Shown piece by piece: positions 62,666-64,000 of a stretch of DNA of 64,000 bases. The notes beneath the pieces were generated by a model. That model saw only the letters and a program-made list of their open reading frames with translations, had not been told where the DNA came from and searched no databases. A program made the translations under genes and the position numbers. Within the stretch, counting starts at the first letter, position 1. Each line of letters begins with the position of its first letter. The stretch covers positions 113,460,001-113,524,000 of the forward strand of contig NC_092344.1 of NCBI RefSeq assembly GCF_963676685.1. The letters are read 5' to 3'. Source of the DNA: Mytilus edulis. Lineage: Eukaryota.

Positions 62666-64000
62666 TCTTTTTGCGAAAAACAAAACATTGTTTGTACACA
62701 AGCCAAATATGGTAATATTTATGATCAAGTTCAACCATGCATGTTCAATGTTTGTAAGCATGTTCAGCCATGCATGAGTCACCACATGTAAATTATACAA
62801 CATTTTTTTTTAAATTTTAAAATGTGTATTTACAATGATTAAAAAAAGTTATAGTATAAATGTATCCGTTCGTTTATTAATATATGTGGAAAAGTAATGT
62901 ATCATTTCGGATGTCGAGTGTTTCAACTTGTTACACTTAAATTACCTATTTGTGAATTACACACATACATTTCGACAAAAACATCAGTAGATAACTTAAG
63001 AAAACTTAAATAGTAAACTCACCATATATAATCGTTAAATCCAGTGGATAATTTTTATATAATTTAGACACACATCCTAACTATACCCGATAACGCACAT
63101 GCGAAAAACAACACATACTGTGCCCAATACTAATGGAAACACGGATCATACCGATAACGGAGTTGATTCCGGAAAAAATAAATACTATGAAAAAGAGAAA
63201 CAAAATGTAATGTATGTGTATAATCACATTAATTTATAGTATATATTTTGTGAAAATTTTATGTTATGAATACTAATATTATGAATAAATAATACCTTGC
63301 CAAATAGTGCTTCCCTTAACTATTTGGTAAGCTAACATGAGGGATACTAAGTTAAAGCTGTAAACTTAGTAATTTGTTACAGCAAGATTGCAATAAAGAT
63401 ATTGTTACGTTAAAAAAAAAAAAAAAAGAATTTTTATGGTCAAGTTCTTATATAAAGCACTTTAATGTGCAAATCGAGATAAATACATGTATAGACATAT
63501 TGAACAGCAAATATTTTTGAAACTTCATTGTGTTAACAGGTTAATGTAAACAATTCTTGCATCTTAAAATTAGTTCACAACGAGTGATATGTTCACAACT
63601 TTGCATAACATAGAGGCGTAGGCATCATCCGTATTTTCTATAATGGATAGTGGCATTTTCACAACTTGGTGTGGAACAGGTGTATGCCATCACCCGTGTT
63701 TCCTTTAAAATCCAATGTAGGGTGGTATTTAATTAAAATTCGGTGATACATGATGACCTTAAAGTCTTGGTTAATAAATATTAACTGCTTTTAATTATGG
63801 CGTGCAAAACTGCGATGTTACATATATGGAAATAGATATATGGCACATATTCTGCCTGTTACAATTTGGTGCGTGTTTAAAATCAGTTTACTACGAAATA
63901 GACAAAGCTGTGTAAAGCAACTAGTTATATTTACCTTAAGAGGTATCTCTCTCTAAATTAAACAAGTACGCAATTTTCATAATAAAAGATTGAGAATGTA

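Larger units (their letters stand above)
56228..63427 (+). mobile_element. Full-length Tx1/L1-group non-LTR retrotransposon, 7.2 kb
   Basis: 13-bp TSD GAATTTTTATGGT (56215-56227 and 63428-63440). AATAAA at 63392 and A16 tail at 63412-63427. Intact ORF1 and ORF2. Confidence 0.95.

Overview
AT-rich animal genomic DNA. The dispersed repeat landscape suggests a bivalve, probably Mytilus (inference). About 35 kb (6754-41292, minus strand) is one adhesion-class GPCR gene, which I assembled by hand into 29 phase-consistent coding exons (about 1428 aa): signal peptide, CUB, 3 EGF, SEA-like spacer, 2 Ig, HormR, GAIN with a degenerate, probably non-cleavable GPS, 7TM and a long tail. Four of its functional boundaries are tandemly amplified: an exon-3 end plus donor x21, an acceptor x2 in frame, a TM7 donor x3, and the last codons plus stop as a 3' UTR minisatellite. 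The right third holds three bounded mobile elements. The first is a Sola1-like MITE. The second is a 2.37-kb P-like element (13-bp TIRs, 7-bp TSD) carrying an intact zinc-finger gene but no catalytic transposase core. The third is a full-length, apparently young Tx1/L1-group retrotransposon (13-bp TSD, polyA) with an unexpected intact 327-codon third ORF between ORF1 and ORF2. A Helentron-associated element, several MITEs and minisatellites make up the rest.
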